From: Acidobacteriota bacterium
Lineage (GTDB): Bacteria > Acidobacteriota > Thermoanaerobaculia > Gp7-AA8
Length of the DNA: 64,000 bases
Direction of reading: 5' to 3'
Assembly (NCBI GenBank): GCA_039931435.1
Contig: JBDTRY010000001.1
Span: 11,084 to 75,083, forward strand
Position 1 is the first letter of the stretch, and every line of letters starts with the position of its first letter. Position numbers and translations under genes: made by a program. Under the pieces are notes generated by a model. It was not told where the DNA came from. It did not search any database and saw nothing but the letters and a program-made list of their open reading frames with translations. Shown in pieces: positions 25,401 to 30,910 of this stretch.

Positions 25401-26668
25401 GTGATGAAGGAGGATGAGGAGTAGTCCTCACCCTTGCGCACCGTATCCGGATGAGAGAACGTGATGCTGAACCGGGGGTCATGCACCTGGATCGAGGCCC
25501 GCGCTGTGCCCCGCAAGGGCATATCGGCCTGACCGGGAGTCTGCAGCGTGGCCCGGATGTCTAGTTCCACCGTATGCACGCCCGGCTTGAGACCCTCCAT
25601 CACCCACTCAGCATTGCCCTCGGCCTGAGCCACAAGAAAATCAACGCCGCTCGCGGTATCGACGATCGGCACTGCTGCACCGAAGGTGACCGAGGGAGTT
25701 GTCTTCACTGTGCGCAACTCGGCGGGTGTAGTCATCGTGGCCCGGATGGAATCGAGCCTGATGCTGCTTCCCGCCGCAGTGTCATTCTGGACGGCGAGCA
25801 TGATGGAGAAGAACTGATGGAGAACCGCGAACTGGTTGGGGATGACCAGCGCCGCAGGGATGGAGTGCCGTGCCGGCGGACCTGAACCCGATAGAGGCGG
25901 TGCGTCCGGTTCCGGAATGGAGGGCCCGGCCTCGTAGAGCTCGATCGGAATCGTGGCCGGCGGTGTCCATCGCGGCGGCAGTGGCAGAGTGTCCGGGGGT
26001 AGCCGGTATGGATTCTCCGTGACCGGCAGGCGTGGCTCATGCGTCCGGGAGTCGATGATTACCGGGAACGGGACCTCCACGAGTTGTCCGTTTACCAGGA
26101 ACGAAAAGGTGTACTCGTAGACGTCGTAGTTCGTGGTATCGACGTTGATGCCTCGCGCTCTGATTTCTTCCGGGGTCAGCTGCCTGACCCGCACGCTGGT
26201 GGTGAAGAGATTGGTTACGGTGATCGTCACCAGGGAGGGTGAAGCCGGCTGAAGAAAATTGCTCCTGCTCATCAGGCGGATGTTCTGTAAAAAGTACACG
26301 CCTTCGCGGGAGAGCCCGGGAAGTTGAAACTGATGTCCCGGTGCTGTCTGAAACTGAATGGGAGCGTCGAGTCCGGGTCCGGTGAGCTCGCCGAGAACGA
26401 CCAGCCCCTCTACCACCGGTGCGGCATCGTTCTGCTTTCCGCCAAACTCGGTCTGAACGCTGACCGGAATGTCGATGGCCGTCGTCACCGACTCCGTGAC
26501 CACGCGCAATCCGGAGCCCTGGATCTGCAGATCTGCCGCGGCGATCGTCTGGGCGTAGCCGCTTCCGGCAGCGCAGAGATGGAGCACGGCCAGGAATAAC
26601 GAAATCCCCAGGGAACGCACAGCAATGCCGCTAAACCAGAGGGACGAAACACGATGGCCGACTGTCAT
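10469..26668 (-). CDS. Giant secreted repeat protein A (about 5,399 aa from the Met at 26668; the track ORF extends to 27034). Signal peptide, CarboxypepD_reg-like and Ig-like (Big) repeats, a Gly-rich beta-helix-like segment, then about 8 reiterated modules of LVIVD-type beta-propeller-like repeats alternating with Ig-like domains.
   Basis: Single 5,521-aa ORF in the track. Internal Met at 26668 starts MTVGHRVSSLWFSGIAVRSLGISLFLAVLHLCAAGSGYA|QT, which is signal-peptide-like. The upstream 122 codons run through palindromic repeat DNA and look non-coding. Motifs seen: SDGxF/GxYxF carboxypeptidase-regulatory-like repeats; ITPADGSTNVSPDSSVVILFSEAI Ig-like; VVIFDLNDP, VLIMDRRDP, VTVIDRRDP, VVIFDRRDP, AVILDRRDL (LVIVD-like) recurring about every 350 aa in the C-terminal half. 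Confidence 0.85.
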   Translation of the reverse strand: MTVGHRVSSLWFSGIAVRSLGISLFLAVLHLCAAGSGYAQTIAAADLQIQGSGLRVVTESVTTAIDIPVSVQTEFGGKQNDAAPVVEGLVVLGELTGPGLDAPIQFQTAPGHQFQLPGLSREGVYFLQNIRLMSRSNFLQPASPSLVTITVTNLFTTSVRVRQLTPEEIRARGINVDTTNYDVYEYTFSFLVNGQLVEVPFPVIIDSRTHEPRLPVTENPYRLPPDTLPLPPRWTPPATIPIELYEAGPSIPEPDAPPLSGSGPPARHSIPAALVIPNQFAVLHQFFSIMLAVQNDTAAGSSIRLDSIRATMTTPAELRTVKTTPSVTFGAAVPIVDTASGVDFLVAQAEGNAEWVMEGLKPGVHTVELDIRATLQTPGQADMPLRGTARASIQVHDPRFSITFSHPDTVRKGEDYSSSSFITNHSGVSQTIRVGNVVPDCAQSPGANVCRVDGAQSSELTLAAGETKSILYHLRAGVTGSVFATAGTVDSENLAAAVQLTMGVSESGIPLSPATLVLPYYARYLDSSFVEANMGLLGLGYSVATSPLTQATASIPRVIQTDVFQRAVDIARAGQRVFLGAEPLDPWANLTLDLLGNRTELREWDQLRRAEDAGRSAGAALGRQLEIAGLQTGPDFSTIAERFANLTAHRSPFLFAALSGPAASGVTRPYALSIRGASSGARADVPNESAAGWVRELPFADILAVNAGDGSRQGEIAVDGRWTEDLELVVTPALNGPMALDVVFPASADGQTLIAHFDFNGESGRDLHLSLVRGAGSLRLLDADGALVATAASQSVNPVPLTLVAAHQDLHLDGQGHVVSVLFSRPVAVPAGEDLLSKFAATLDFQFDGVQYHGSRPISSAALQEDGRIINLSFDHALSRNVPDNPPSRYAISVDSLLDPLSASPVSFTNPSIPVLENDQPAGILFGRVLAADNSPIADAEVQLNSGGGVQYDITQSDGTFLFEFVPRNPDAGLSGAYSLSATSTAGRRTSLDGAVRLPGRVQFVNLVFLGRGRSEGFVHYDDGSVVAGARVVVGSTMFDQLRQTTSDETGFYSVEDLPAGPLTFSATDAVGNVSFAAAEIRSAGEVIHQDLSIFRQPFPGVGVIRGQVVRSDNGMAVAGARVGLYSQGYGVNETSADSGGRFVFANVPAGLIRLLAADFTISPESAVQDFDLAADESRDVTLTLIVNPAAATASLQGDVVREDALAPGDLSRYQNVPGAIVAIDYGGSTVADGNGHYEFPSLPLSFNGRQVRAYDPGTGRSATVSVPSLDPSRANSLPIVIRNSNGTGTIRVRLLSATGSPVAGYRVLQPGFPPTLLEATAAGVYELRNVPAGGSATIWAVPPGPGGAYGDQFASGTASIAFAGQIASLILRLPGQGTVRATLRADIDVIGDVDLSYQAWDEAEQSTLTKHRTSSTSENGVAGAATFTAVPALQKYVVTSSHPVYGYASALGQLAFDGDAQSVILQLNKLSTVSGTVYQIDGVTPVAGASISLNDGAQSFGTQTTALDGHFEFQNVSAGRSFRLIATATQNTIFRTGFADGSTPSAGGPVEHVSVVMRRQGRIEGRAVLANLKPDPADPARTIPDDTPADLSDNAPVPLARFFVKEIGFPSRDFGTAADPLSADSSGRFSVANLFEGPLRATAYDPANPDLRGDWTGTLSVEGEQLTAFIGVAAAGFGPVTITVIDPNNGNGPVSNAEVTLLRGGAAYDLTSSDVSGVAKFFDVPAGTYTASAYSKAAGRSGSTTPFAVVNGAGANQTITLQFSGGVDGRLVDPEAAGAGVPGAQVTLSASSFQTRASTDATGSFSFEGVREGTFALSARDTLSNRRASATSSLSQSNPRPFVNLELEPTQTLYASVFLPDDAGGNSGVLAPLVQINVSQLCTIVSFQTVCQQTREIQGNDVRIPGMLEREPYALVAREIGGAERTVGYNGVFPRGSPVDPLRVVLPAFGLVQVRVTQGGAPAAGARVTVSGGGRVREAYTDPSGTVTVAGMPLGNVSAQAVSFDGGLNGLASGTLASQSNPATLSIELGSYGTLSGSVEAEAGGPSSGTRVIASFGIVVETLTTASGRFALAGIPVPAGGTLVTLTYLGADDVTIGAQQTVSIGGGQRTLEAPPVKLDSTAPRVLSITPADGSTNVSPDSSVVILFSEAIRPDQINGSSLQLVPADGSVAVSTVINTENLPDGSQRVTLIPPPPPSGQRFPLRSNTLYRVIVSGQLMDLSGHLLAAAAGASFITTDYIEPRVVKVIPSTSTPLQPATTFEFQFSKAIDPAPFQSGGAGAFHLYRLDAAGVAGNVVEEISGRVFVANNNVSLFFAPDNPLQQESFYRVVFSGVRDLSGNTLDTQTFHFFSRDTTRPFVILNSPVSAGQPLIAGTQYTLAVDLRNGTAVGSPALDVARVDYYLVEGGAATFLTAVTATPFAYQFVAPTLPGEGTLTLRAIATDLSLNVSDPSEITWSVVQDNVPDNVSVILTPSTESYAGKRVHAQVRFADEGVLVSVQVNVAGTQSDGSTYAASKSVEVRRDTAGDPWPAAEIDFDLPPALKGPSQATFTAHVTDSTGQSSADVTSQLAILEDSGAPALTILSPANDALFEEGAGNKIQVRVRATDSEVGLKSVTAELEGTPPVVMTSINATDFTADIPVPFVDGTDPVSKSLTVVASDYVPNVTTKSIALLIQPLVDAKAPVVTWLCGSDGARAPAGYAMRLRISAIGNSAGNTSNPVQTIEFFVDGVPDAIPATPVPGASGQFEGTYTIPVDAPAGTVVTVHAHATNVAGLEEEATSTITVVAGRTIGNDTTISASDLSWDNQTLIVQGGTATIDGPHSFTNFVVLDGAAVTHPPTQISLIKRLQVTADNVFVSCNGVVDASRRGFSDSVGGVGRTWPGSLAGGSPQGVGGSHGGRGGAGGGFTFGSLFDPDTPGAAGGEGDCTSCGGGGGVVMFDSNRFVLDGLVRANGADSAYGAGAGGSVNIRALTLSGSGQIHADGGRGVHPEGSLQRGTGGGGGRVALRFTSSTLAGSNITASGGDNTESNDARRGAAGTIYFKPTAAPYGSLIVSNSSLSTMTTDLVMIDSRQADSLTSNSVHTTGASFLGPDHLKGLRLVVGGDRSVTWPVLANDTETITVDVSANSLSATVGAPFRGLDRFDSVVLRNAHVLTNDYFESSSTIDKDSASTLVSANTGAPLVDTTKISLVGNVSGYSLVGLAGAVLDPDQPLAITVRNNRTDQTFTGTAGADGSFSIPVTGQGGDVVAIKALDSHPYPLETAFLDVGTITGNAGAPALDAARITLAGLSIIGDPGAVTDPDLPILLIARNDRTSSLYSAQANVDGSFAVVVDGQSGDTISLIARDSNPLPLDSARVVVGTLALETGTTQIEKSTWTSDAAFRARRVANDGSVIAVSSYPASATDGVSPVVAILDSSNPAVPTLLRATILPDPVRSVTVASGDVLALTTSDSVGARVFSIRPADGTFTNSPSARFSTAETMLAAGDRLYVAANSGIAVLDVRDPAALQLLGGVNGVLSPPMNFRSLVALDSRFIVAISPEQSGGQGHDVVVFDFADESSPRKIADLDVPSFDAAAGTIHGRTLFLVSSANAEVVSVDLSDPAAPAVTARAPLLAPAGNIASIETDAFAADGTSGLVTLDLSQPLASSVRGYIALPGPAVDVALTANFAFVADESGLAIVPVRTAPVIDLAAISVNRSGANGTVTGTAGAIRGLVSLQVTLRDPARGSVLSGLAVNSDGSFAGSLPASPGDELTIEVLDGGGKTAGPVSVGRLPFGATFSNSFDPAVLATGFRARAMAVEGNDLIVSDTDWADEQSTPDRILHFDISDPSRPVLKRSVPIPPNVYALALKDGWALIGDSYGLETIDLRDPASVLRQPPGTGDLFLDGAILVQGEFAFTAPGGEYDGRIRLYDISNPSSPRFLKDQSGFSEGIYTQLLPYGSDYLIGLDPDEYWGGDVDVVIFDRRDPGHLKKTGALSIPLFSAFRGAVTGNALYAAGLDGKLAVIDLSDVNAPVLRVLVETPGGSPHAVVAQQQTLWIADGSAGLTQLNISDPFNPVVVGSQTLSAPAWDIASDGRAMFVAHETGLTTVEEIALEPELANGLIHVTSSAAAAVSGEQGAAHGLLPLQVELRNARTNAVGTSMVSGDGSFAVGVAAITGDRLEITLVDGNAVRGRPLDLGPFSAVPALPIAASVSDANYGPRSLKLAGTTLVAADESFPLTAGSDKLVLYDASTSVPSYLRTVTVGNGVISDVKVSGNWAFIADRGLSTVNLGSLSTTAATNQSSGSYPQNAVAIAGDIAFVGGYDGDITVYNVASPAAPVFIKRYSSSTGLNHAVIEELIPLGADHLVALTRRSVYRPVVDRAVILDRRDLNAISSVAELALPELLEPRGTVNGSFLYLLDQSSAELIVVDLTSPATPVVRGRVTLPANGQTLEVAGSTVTIACGFAGLVTVDVSNPSTPLITSTTAIDGYAWDSARTAEGVYVANGKGLVFIDAPSPPTIAVGGISIQPLSATEARVTGPAQTVTGRAPLAVQVMDAESGATATTVVAADGSFGVTITAATGDTLTLLASDRGGLSRGPVTIGTVPAFSADLNILASAIALTKSSAGVVVLTGSPGSITGTGSISATVTNQSASTTAGPVSVNADGSFSASIAGLTGETMAVTASDGVNSLGPVVVGSAPPDPFISVPVTADISDSNFRARQVAADGDRLLLASHDDAGEGGSDKVVIFDLNDPGAPAYVTTVSTGNGPVNDVLAAKGWAFVASNALSTFALDQSTPSVHALTTTAPTEAIALAGTYLYGSWKTTSGTYLDVWDVSDPSEPRRLFEDLLYPSAVSITALLPYGDDYLVGLSATEDVSGDHDVLIMDRRDPDYPWVISTLGIPGLRAFRGRIVGSTLFITGTDGRLGTVDLTDPANPRLIGAVTTSGSARGVDLAGSRAVVAESGGTEMLDVSNLAAPRSISLEPTASVAWDVLLHRGTLYVAADSELRSYTSTAPPIVDPSAIVIDRTGSNASVTGAPGSISGKPPLVVAVQASRSGTTASASVPADGSLTMTLIADPGESILLTATDGAGKSNTRIIGTVPFASSTATRRITATDTDGDTSFIGRRLAIDAQHLVLSGGFSFFASDGSNQVLAFDSQVTPVTPSRLIPVLDEGLWISDVALNGHWLLATGTGLTAIDLSQPNPTPVTSSSQEATVALALDSTYAFTTAEGEGISVYDISALPSLSFVSTLSSLPRVQSLKLLGSDYLVAISADVVAGVVQDVTVIDRRDPAALSVVGRLDIPDFDAVNGFIDGTTLYATGDYYEYANALAVVDLSDPADPQFVKLVPLPGAGSGMAVTAGNQLLVASGSSGLAFLDITNRQNPLLLGTQKTPGNAVDVEVFLNTIYVATEEQIFTLTAP

Positions 26669-26764
26669 CCTGAGCGTCGAGCGAAGGATCTCTTCCACCT
26701 TCCCGGTTGCCAGCCCATTCCACGTTGAAGAGATCCTTCGCTCGCTGCGCTCCCTCAGGATGAC
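26664..26764. repeat. Imperfect inverted repeat (REP/MITE-like palindromic element). Left arm gtcatcctgagcgtcgagcgaaggatctcttc, right arm gaagagatccttcgctcgctgcgctccctcaggatgac, with a 31-bp loop. It overlaps the proposed start codon of giant gene A.
   Basis: Arms are reverse complements at about 26 of 32 positions. Two further degenerate copies of the same 26-mer at 26806..26832 (gtcatcccgaacgtgagtgagggatc) and, inverted, around 26890..26915. The arms translate to VILS..K/R.L-type peptides. Confidence 0.7.
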
Positions 26765-26984
26765 AAGTGCCTCAAGTGCGTTTCCTTCAAATGAACGCGT
26801 GGCTGCGTCATCCCGAACGTGAGTGAGGGATCGCGGAGGGATGGGTGGTTCGAAGCCCTCTCCTGCGTACCACCCGCCCCTCTCGGGCTCCTCGCTCACG
26901 CTCGGAGTGACGTGGCTTCCCCTGGGTGAGTTTCCTGCCAGGGAGCGACGAGCAACGGGACGGGCGATCATGCAGGGGCGTGCA

Positions 26985-27848
26985 TCACGGCTTGACCGCC
27001 GCGTCCGGGAGCGCGTCCATCTCGTGAAGCGCACGACCCGCTTTCACGAGATTCGATTCGACGAGCCGCGACCCGGCCGGAACGGCCAGCAGGTCGGGCG
27101 GAACAAACTCACTCCCCACACGCACGATTGAGTTCCTGAACTGCAGGTGCTGGCCGGAGCGATCGAAACGAATGACGATCTCCAACGGCAAGCCGATCTG
27201 TTCAGCGTTCGAGGTGCTCTGCGCCGAGACCGGGCCATCCGGCGACCCTGCCGCGGTAAACACCGCCGCGGTGGAGATGCCGGGGGTGGAAGGGTAGGCC
27301 GAGCCTGTGAGAACTTCGATGGCCGGACGGGACAGCCTCATCGTCCGATCGAGGGTGATCGTCACGGTTCCCTCTCCGTTTGCCAGGGTAACCTCGAAGA
27401 CGTCGCCCATCCGTCCGGCGATCGATCGCGGAGGAGTGGTGGCCATCGTTCCCTGCAGTGGCTGGGACGAAGATTGCGCTGGCCGCGAGGTCATAGCGCG
27501 GCCAGCTGCAGCAATCAATTGAAACGGCGTCACGCTCCAGGTGCCGGAGCGACGGTCGATTTCAGTCAACTGGTTCTTTGCGTAATCGGCGATGACCACC
27601 CGCGATCGATCGCGTGAGACAGACACCACCCGGTCGGCCAGGCAGTACTCGTCGACGGCGTCGATTTTCCCCGAGAGCGAATCGGAGACTTCGCGGGTGA
27701 GGTGCAGCGGTGAAGGAAAGAGCGCAGGTGGTTCGCCGGCAGCGACGCCCGTGCCGGCCATAGCACCAGCCACGAGCACCATGCTCGCCAGTTTCGTGAG
27801 ACGAGACTTCCAGCACGTCGCGTCCCTGAGCGACTTTCGAGTCCGCAT
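26985..27848 (-). CDS. Hypothetical secreted protein (287 aa), immediately upstream of and co-oriented with giant gene A.
   Basis: ORF in track. N-terminus ...LASMVLVAGAMAGTGVAAG is signal-peptide-like (an alternative start at the internal Met is possible). No family recognised. Confidence 0.5.
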   Translation of the reverse strand: MRTRKSLRDATCWKSRLTKLASMVLVAGAMAGTGVAAGEPPALFPSPLHLTREVSDSLSGKIDAVDEYCLADRVVSVSRDRSRVVIADYAKNQLTEIDRRSGTWSVTPFQLIAAAGRAMTSRPAQSSSQPLQGTMATTPPRSIAGRMGDVFEVTLANGEGTVTITLDRTMRLSRPAIEVLTGSAYPSTPGISTAAVFTAAGSPDGPVSAQSTSNAEQIGLPLEIVIRFDRSGQHLQFRNSIVRVGSEFVPPDLLAVPAGSRLVESNLVKAGRALHEMDALPDAAVKP

Positions 27849-28115
27849 TTTGGCCTTTGCCTAAGGAGTGATTTTGGAAGGCCAATCCCTACCCCGTGAG
27901 CGCGAAAATAGGCACATGGATGTAGGGTTTCTAGAACTTTCGGGTAACTCGGGACCCGTAGTTGAGGCGGACCGCGCCCGCTCCGAGATCGCTATTGACG
28001 ATCGCCTCATGAGGGTCGGAGACCCAACCACCCCCAGACGCACGAACGTCCAAATCTCGATGAGAGATGGCTGACCAATTCTGGACGGATGCCAGCCGTC
28101 ATACGTTACTAGCGC

Positions 28116-28556
28116 ATGAGCCTACGCGGCTGGGCAGTTGCGTTCATCTTTCTCGTTTGTGCCTCACAACACTTATTCGGGGCAACCCTGGATATTGACA
28201 CCGGATACTCCTCCGCCGTAGCTCCCCTTCCGAATGGGCTGGCCATCGTATGGAATCACTCCGAGTATGACGAGCTCCAGCACGTGAAAACAACGGTTAT
28301 GGGCGGCAAAGTGATCAGTGGGAAGCTCGTCAGTTCTCGCCCTCTCGAGAGCGGCGAGTACCTTTACAAACTCCGCCTGGGTTGCCACGATCAGGACTGT
28401 CTCGCCACGTGGAGTGTCCCCTCGGCATTTGGGTTGACGATCAGAGGGATCTGGTTGTTTTCCAGTCTTCCCGCCTTCGACATCGCTGAAACGGTGTGCG
28501 AGTACGCCACTCCGGAGTGGAACGGCGACAGTTTCATTATCACCGCAGGCTTCTGA
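28116..28556 (+). CDS. Hypothetical small secreted protein (146 aa) with signal peptide.
   Basis: ORF in track. MSLRGWAVAFIFLVCASQHLFGA signal peptide. Shares the motif GLAIVWNHSEYDE with the two following ORFs (RILIVWDDETKEKE, FRVVWTIPSDSGS). Confidence 0.5.
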   Translation: MSLRGWAVAFIFLVCASQHLFGATLDIDTGYSSAVAPLPNGLAIVWNHSEYDELQHVKTTVMGGKVISGKLVSSRPLESGEYLYKLRLGCHDQDCLATWSVPSAFGLTIRGIWLFSSLPAFDIAETVCEYATPEWNGDSFIITAGF

Positions 28557-28559
28557 GCC

Positions 28560-28997
28560 GTGCACTATTACGGTTTAGTGCCGCGGGCGATCAAAGCCAT
28601 CCGGCTTCAGCCAGGGTCGGACACGGTGTCCTCCGTATCGGTTCCGGTCGATATCTCGGCCGCTGCCAATTCTCCGCGGTCGGCAGCTTGTTCAGCTTTG
28701 TCCTGCCTTCTCTCGTGGATCGAGTTCCCGCCGTTCGACCCGGCCGGCTTCGATCCGCCCCCCGCTTCGGTCGGACAGGCCGTCCTCATGGACCGAGATG
28801 GATTTATACGAACCGCCGTTCCAATTCAGCTGACCAGAAGAGGATCTATCGGAAACCGGGGAAACCTGCAGACCGCGGAAAACGGGGGGCGAATTCTCAT
28901 CGTATGGGATGACGAGACGAAGGAAAAAGAAAGTTCAACTTCTGGCTCTCCTGATGACCGATACCGGAATCGATCTTCGCGGCCGGGAGGGCGGTGA
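28560..28997 (+). CDS. Hypothetical protein, N-terminal part of a possibly frameshifted gene (GTG start 4 nt after the preceding stop).
   Basis: ORF in track. Contains DRDGFIRTAVPI and NGGRILIVWDDE motifs that recur in the overlapping +1-frame ORF 28909..29301. The overlap region contains the A-run ggaaaaagaaag. Confidence 0.35.
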   Translation: MHYYGLVPRAIKAIRLQPGSDTVSSVSVPVDISAAANSPRSAACSALSCLLSWIEFPPFDPAGFDPPPASVGQAVLMDRDGFIRTAVPIQLTRRGSIGNRGNLQTAENGGRILIVWDDETKEKESSTSGSPDDRYRNRSSRPGGR

Positions 28998-29301
28998 AGG
29001 ATTTCCGATCGATTCCCAGGAAACATCCGCCTCGCTGCGGGCTGTACTGCGGGACGACAACGGTTTTCGCGTCGTGTGGACGATACCATCTGACAGTGGA
29101 AGCACTCCCGAATCCGCTTTTGTGGATCGGGATGGTCACGTCTTGCCGCCCCGTTTTGAGGCTGCGCTGGACAAGCGCTTCGGTTTCACCGACATCGTTC
29201 TGAGCCCGGTTGAAGGCCTGGCAATCACCGGCCTACTGAATGGCCATGTACTGCTCATCCTTCCAGACGTTCAGGGTAGAACTCGCCCGGTTCGGAACTA
29301 A
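28909..29301 (+). CDS. Hypothetical protein, C-terminal part of a possibly frameshifted gene.
   Basis: ORF in track. Motifs DDNGFRVVWTIPSDSG and AFVDRDGHVLPPRF are paralogous to motifs in 28560..28997 and 28116..28556. Confidence 0.35.
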   Translation: MTRRRKKKVQLLALLMTDTGIDLRGREGGEGFPIDSQETSASLRAVLRDDNGFRVVWTIPSDSGSTPESAFVDRDGHVLPPRFEAALDKRFGFTDIVLSPVEGLAITGLLNGHVLLILPDVQGRTRPVRN

Positions 29302-29738
29302 CGGCGAAAGTGTTTCGGACCCAAACTAATTCGTGAATCGAAATGGCTCCTGCGATCTCATTCATCGCCAGCCTCGTTCATGATTGAATCCGAATCGTCT
29401 CGTACTCTCGAGGCTCAGAATGGAGTCGGAACGCTCGCCGTTCCGCGGTCCCATGGGCGAAGCGGCCGGCGCATTCGGTCAAAGCATGGCCAGGGCCTGG
29501 CGGGGCGTTGTGGCTCGGAATCATCACCAGACGTCGCTTGAGCATATTGCAATAGAAATTCGCCGGGCAAGAGGGGTGGCAGGGTGTCAGATCATGGACG
29601 CAGACTGGAAACGACCCGTGGAAACGAGTTTCAGGAACTTTTCTTCACTGACGACTGCTGGTTGAACGCTGAGTATCCTGCGCTGGATGGCGACGGGTTG
29701 CGTGACGATTCGGCCCAGCCGGACTATCATGCATAGCG

Positions 29739-29945
29739 ATGAATGAGATCATCTTTCTGGTCGAGGAAGCCCCTGAGGGTGGCTATACAGCTCGCGCTGT
29801 GGGCGAATCGATTTTCACTGAAGCGGACGATGAGGACGCGCTCGAAGCCAACATTCGTGACGCGGTGCGCTGTCACTTCGAGGATTCGGAAATGCCTCGA
29901 GTTGTCCGCCTTCATTTCACACGCGAGGAAGTGATCCAGGTTTGA
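29739..29945 (+). CDS. hicB: HicB-family type II antitoxin (68 aa, UPF0150-like).
   Basis: MNEIIFLVEEAPEGGYTARAVGESIFTEADDEDALEANIRDAV is a typical HicB N-domain signature. The stop overlaps the hicA start (ATGA-type coupling). Confidence 0.65.
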   Translation: MNEIIFLVEEAPEGGYTARAVGESIFTEADDEDALEANIRDAVRCHFEDSEMPRVVRLHFTREEVIQV

Positions 29946-30184
29946 GATTGCCGCGCGATGTCAGCGGCGAAGATCTGGCCAGGCTCCTCGGCCGCCTCGG
30001 TTACGAAATCACCCGCCAGACGGGCAGCCACATGCGACTTACGATCACTTCGCCGACCCAGCATCATGTCTCTATCCCCCGCCATGATGCCCTGCGCGTG
30101 GGTACGCTGTCCTCGATTGTCGACGACGTGGCCTCACATTTGAGAATCACGCGCATCGAGCTACTCGACAAACTCTTTGGCTGA
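29942..30184 (+). CDS. hicA: HicA-family type II toxin (80 aa, YcfA-like mRNA interferase).
   Basis: GEDLARLLGRLGYEITRQTGSHMRL... carries the conserved GSH motif of HicA. Small basic protein paired with the HicB-like ORF. Confidence 0.75.
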   Translation: MRLPRDVSGEDLARLLGRLGYEITRQTGSHMRLTITSPTQHHVSIPRHDALRVGTLSSIVDDVASHLRITRIELLDKLFG

Positions 30185-30257
30185 TTCACTGGAAGCTCGT
30201 TTCTCGACTGAAGCGTCGATTTCGCGTGCAGGCAGCCACGACACCGCCTATGCGCGT

Positions 30258-30875
30258 TTACCGGATTGACGGCAACTGCACCTTCAGTTCGACGTCGCCG
30301 AGGCGCACGAGGTCGCCGTCGGTGAGCGGTGTGGCCGTTTCGTCGAGACGCTGTCCTCCGATAAACGTGCCGTTCTTGCTGTCCAGGTCCTGAATGGTGA
30401 TCTGGCCGGAGTCATCGATGACGACCCGGGCATGTTCCCGTGAAACGGTCGGCGCTTCGATGACGATGTCCGCATCGGAGTCGCGGCCCAGAGTCGAGGC
30501 ACCCGGCGGCAGTGGCAGTCGATGCTTTGCCCAGATCAGGGCCGGTCCGCCGTCGTCGCCGGGAGCGACGTGCAGGCGTACCGGCCTTTCCATCACACGC
30601 AGGTACTCCCCTGTGGAGACCAGGTCCAGTCCGGAGTTCCCTGTCTCCAGCGTGGACCGCAGCTCATCGATGAGCATGTTGATGCTGGAGTCGAGCACGG
30701 GAGTCCCAGCCCATAGCTGGCGGCGGACGTCGTCCCGGGCCACGGGAGCGGGATGATTGGTCAGGATCATCTCCAGAACGTCGAGGGCACGAGGAGAGAG
30801 CGGCACGACCGCGTCGCCGCGGAGAAGAACCCCGCGCTCGAGATCGATCGTGTATCCGGCGAATTGCAACGTCAT
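30258..30875 (-). CDS. Transcriptional regulator with an N-terminal OmpR/PhoB-type winged-helix DNA-binding domain and a C-terminal FHA domain (EmbR-like architecture without the BTAD domain).
   Basis: N-terminus ...PLSPRALDVLEMILTNHPAPVARDDVRRQLWAG... (trans_reg_C-like). C-terminus TLGRDSDADIVIEAPTVSREHARVVIDDSGQITIQDLDSKNGTFIGGQRL (FHA). Confidence 0.75.
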   Translation of the reverse strand: MTLQFAGYTIDLERGVLLRGDAVVPLSPRALDVLEMILTNHPAPVARDDVRRQLWAGTPVLDSSINMLIDELRSTLETGNSGLDLVSTGEYLRVMERPVRLHVAPGDDGGPALIWAKHRLPLPPGASTLGRDSDADIVIEAPTVSREHARVVIDDSGQITIQDLDSKNGTFIGGQRLDETATPLTDGDLVRLGDVELKVQLPSIR

Positions 30876-30910
30876 CCGCTCAGTCCTTCCCGGCTATGAC
30901 TCGTGATGGT

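Noticed and set aside
26669-27034. N-terminal 122-codon extension of the giant ORF A in the track (start at 27034)
   Set aside because: It reads through palindromic repeat arms (VILRERSERRISS / EEILRSTLR), lacks signal-peptide character and overlaps the upstream gene end. The internal Met at 26668 begins a convincing signal peptide.
29384-29665. 93-aa plus-strand ORF upstream of hicB
   Set aside because: No recognisable RBS or family. Possibly a remnant, and there is not enough evidence to call a gene.
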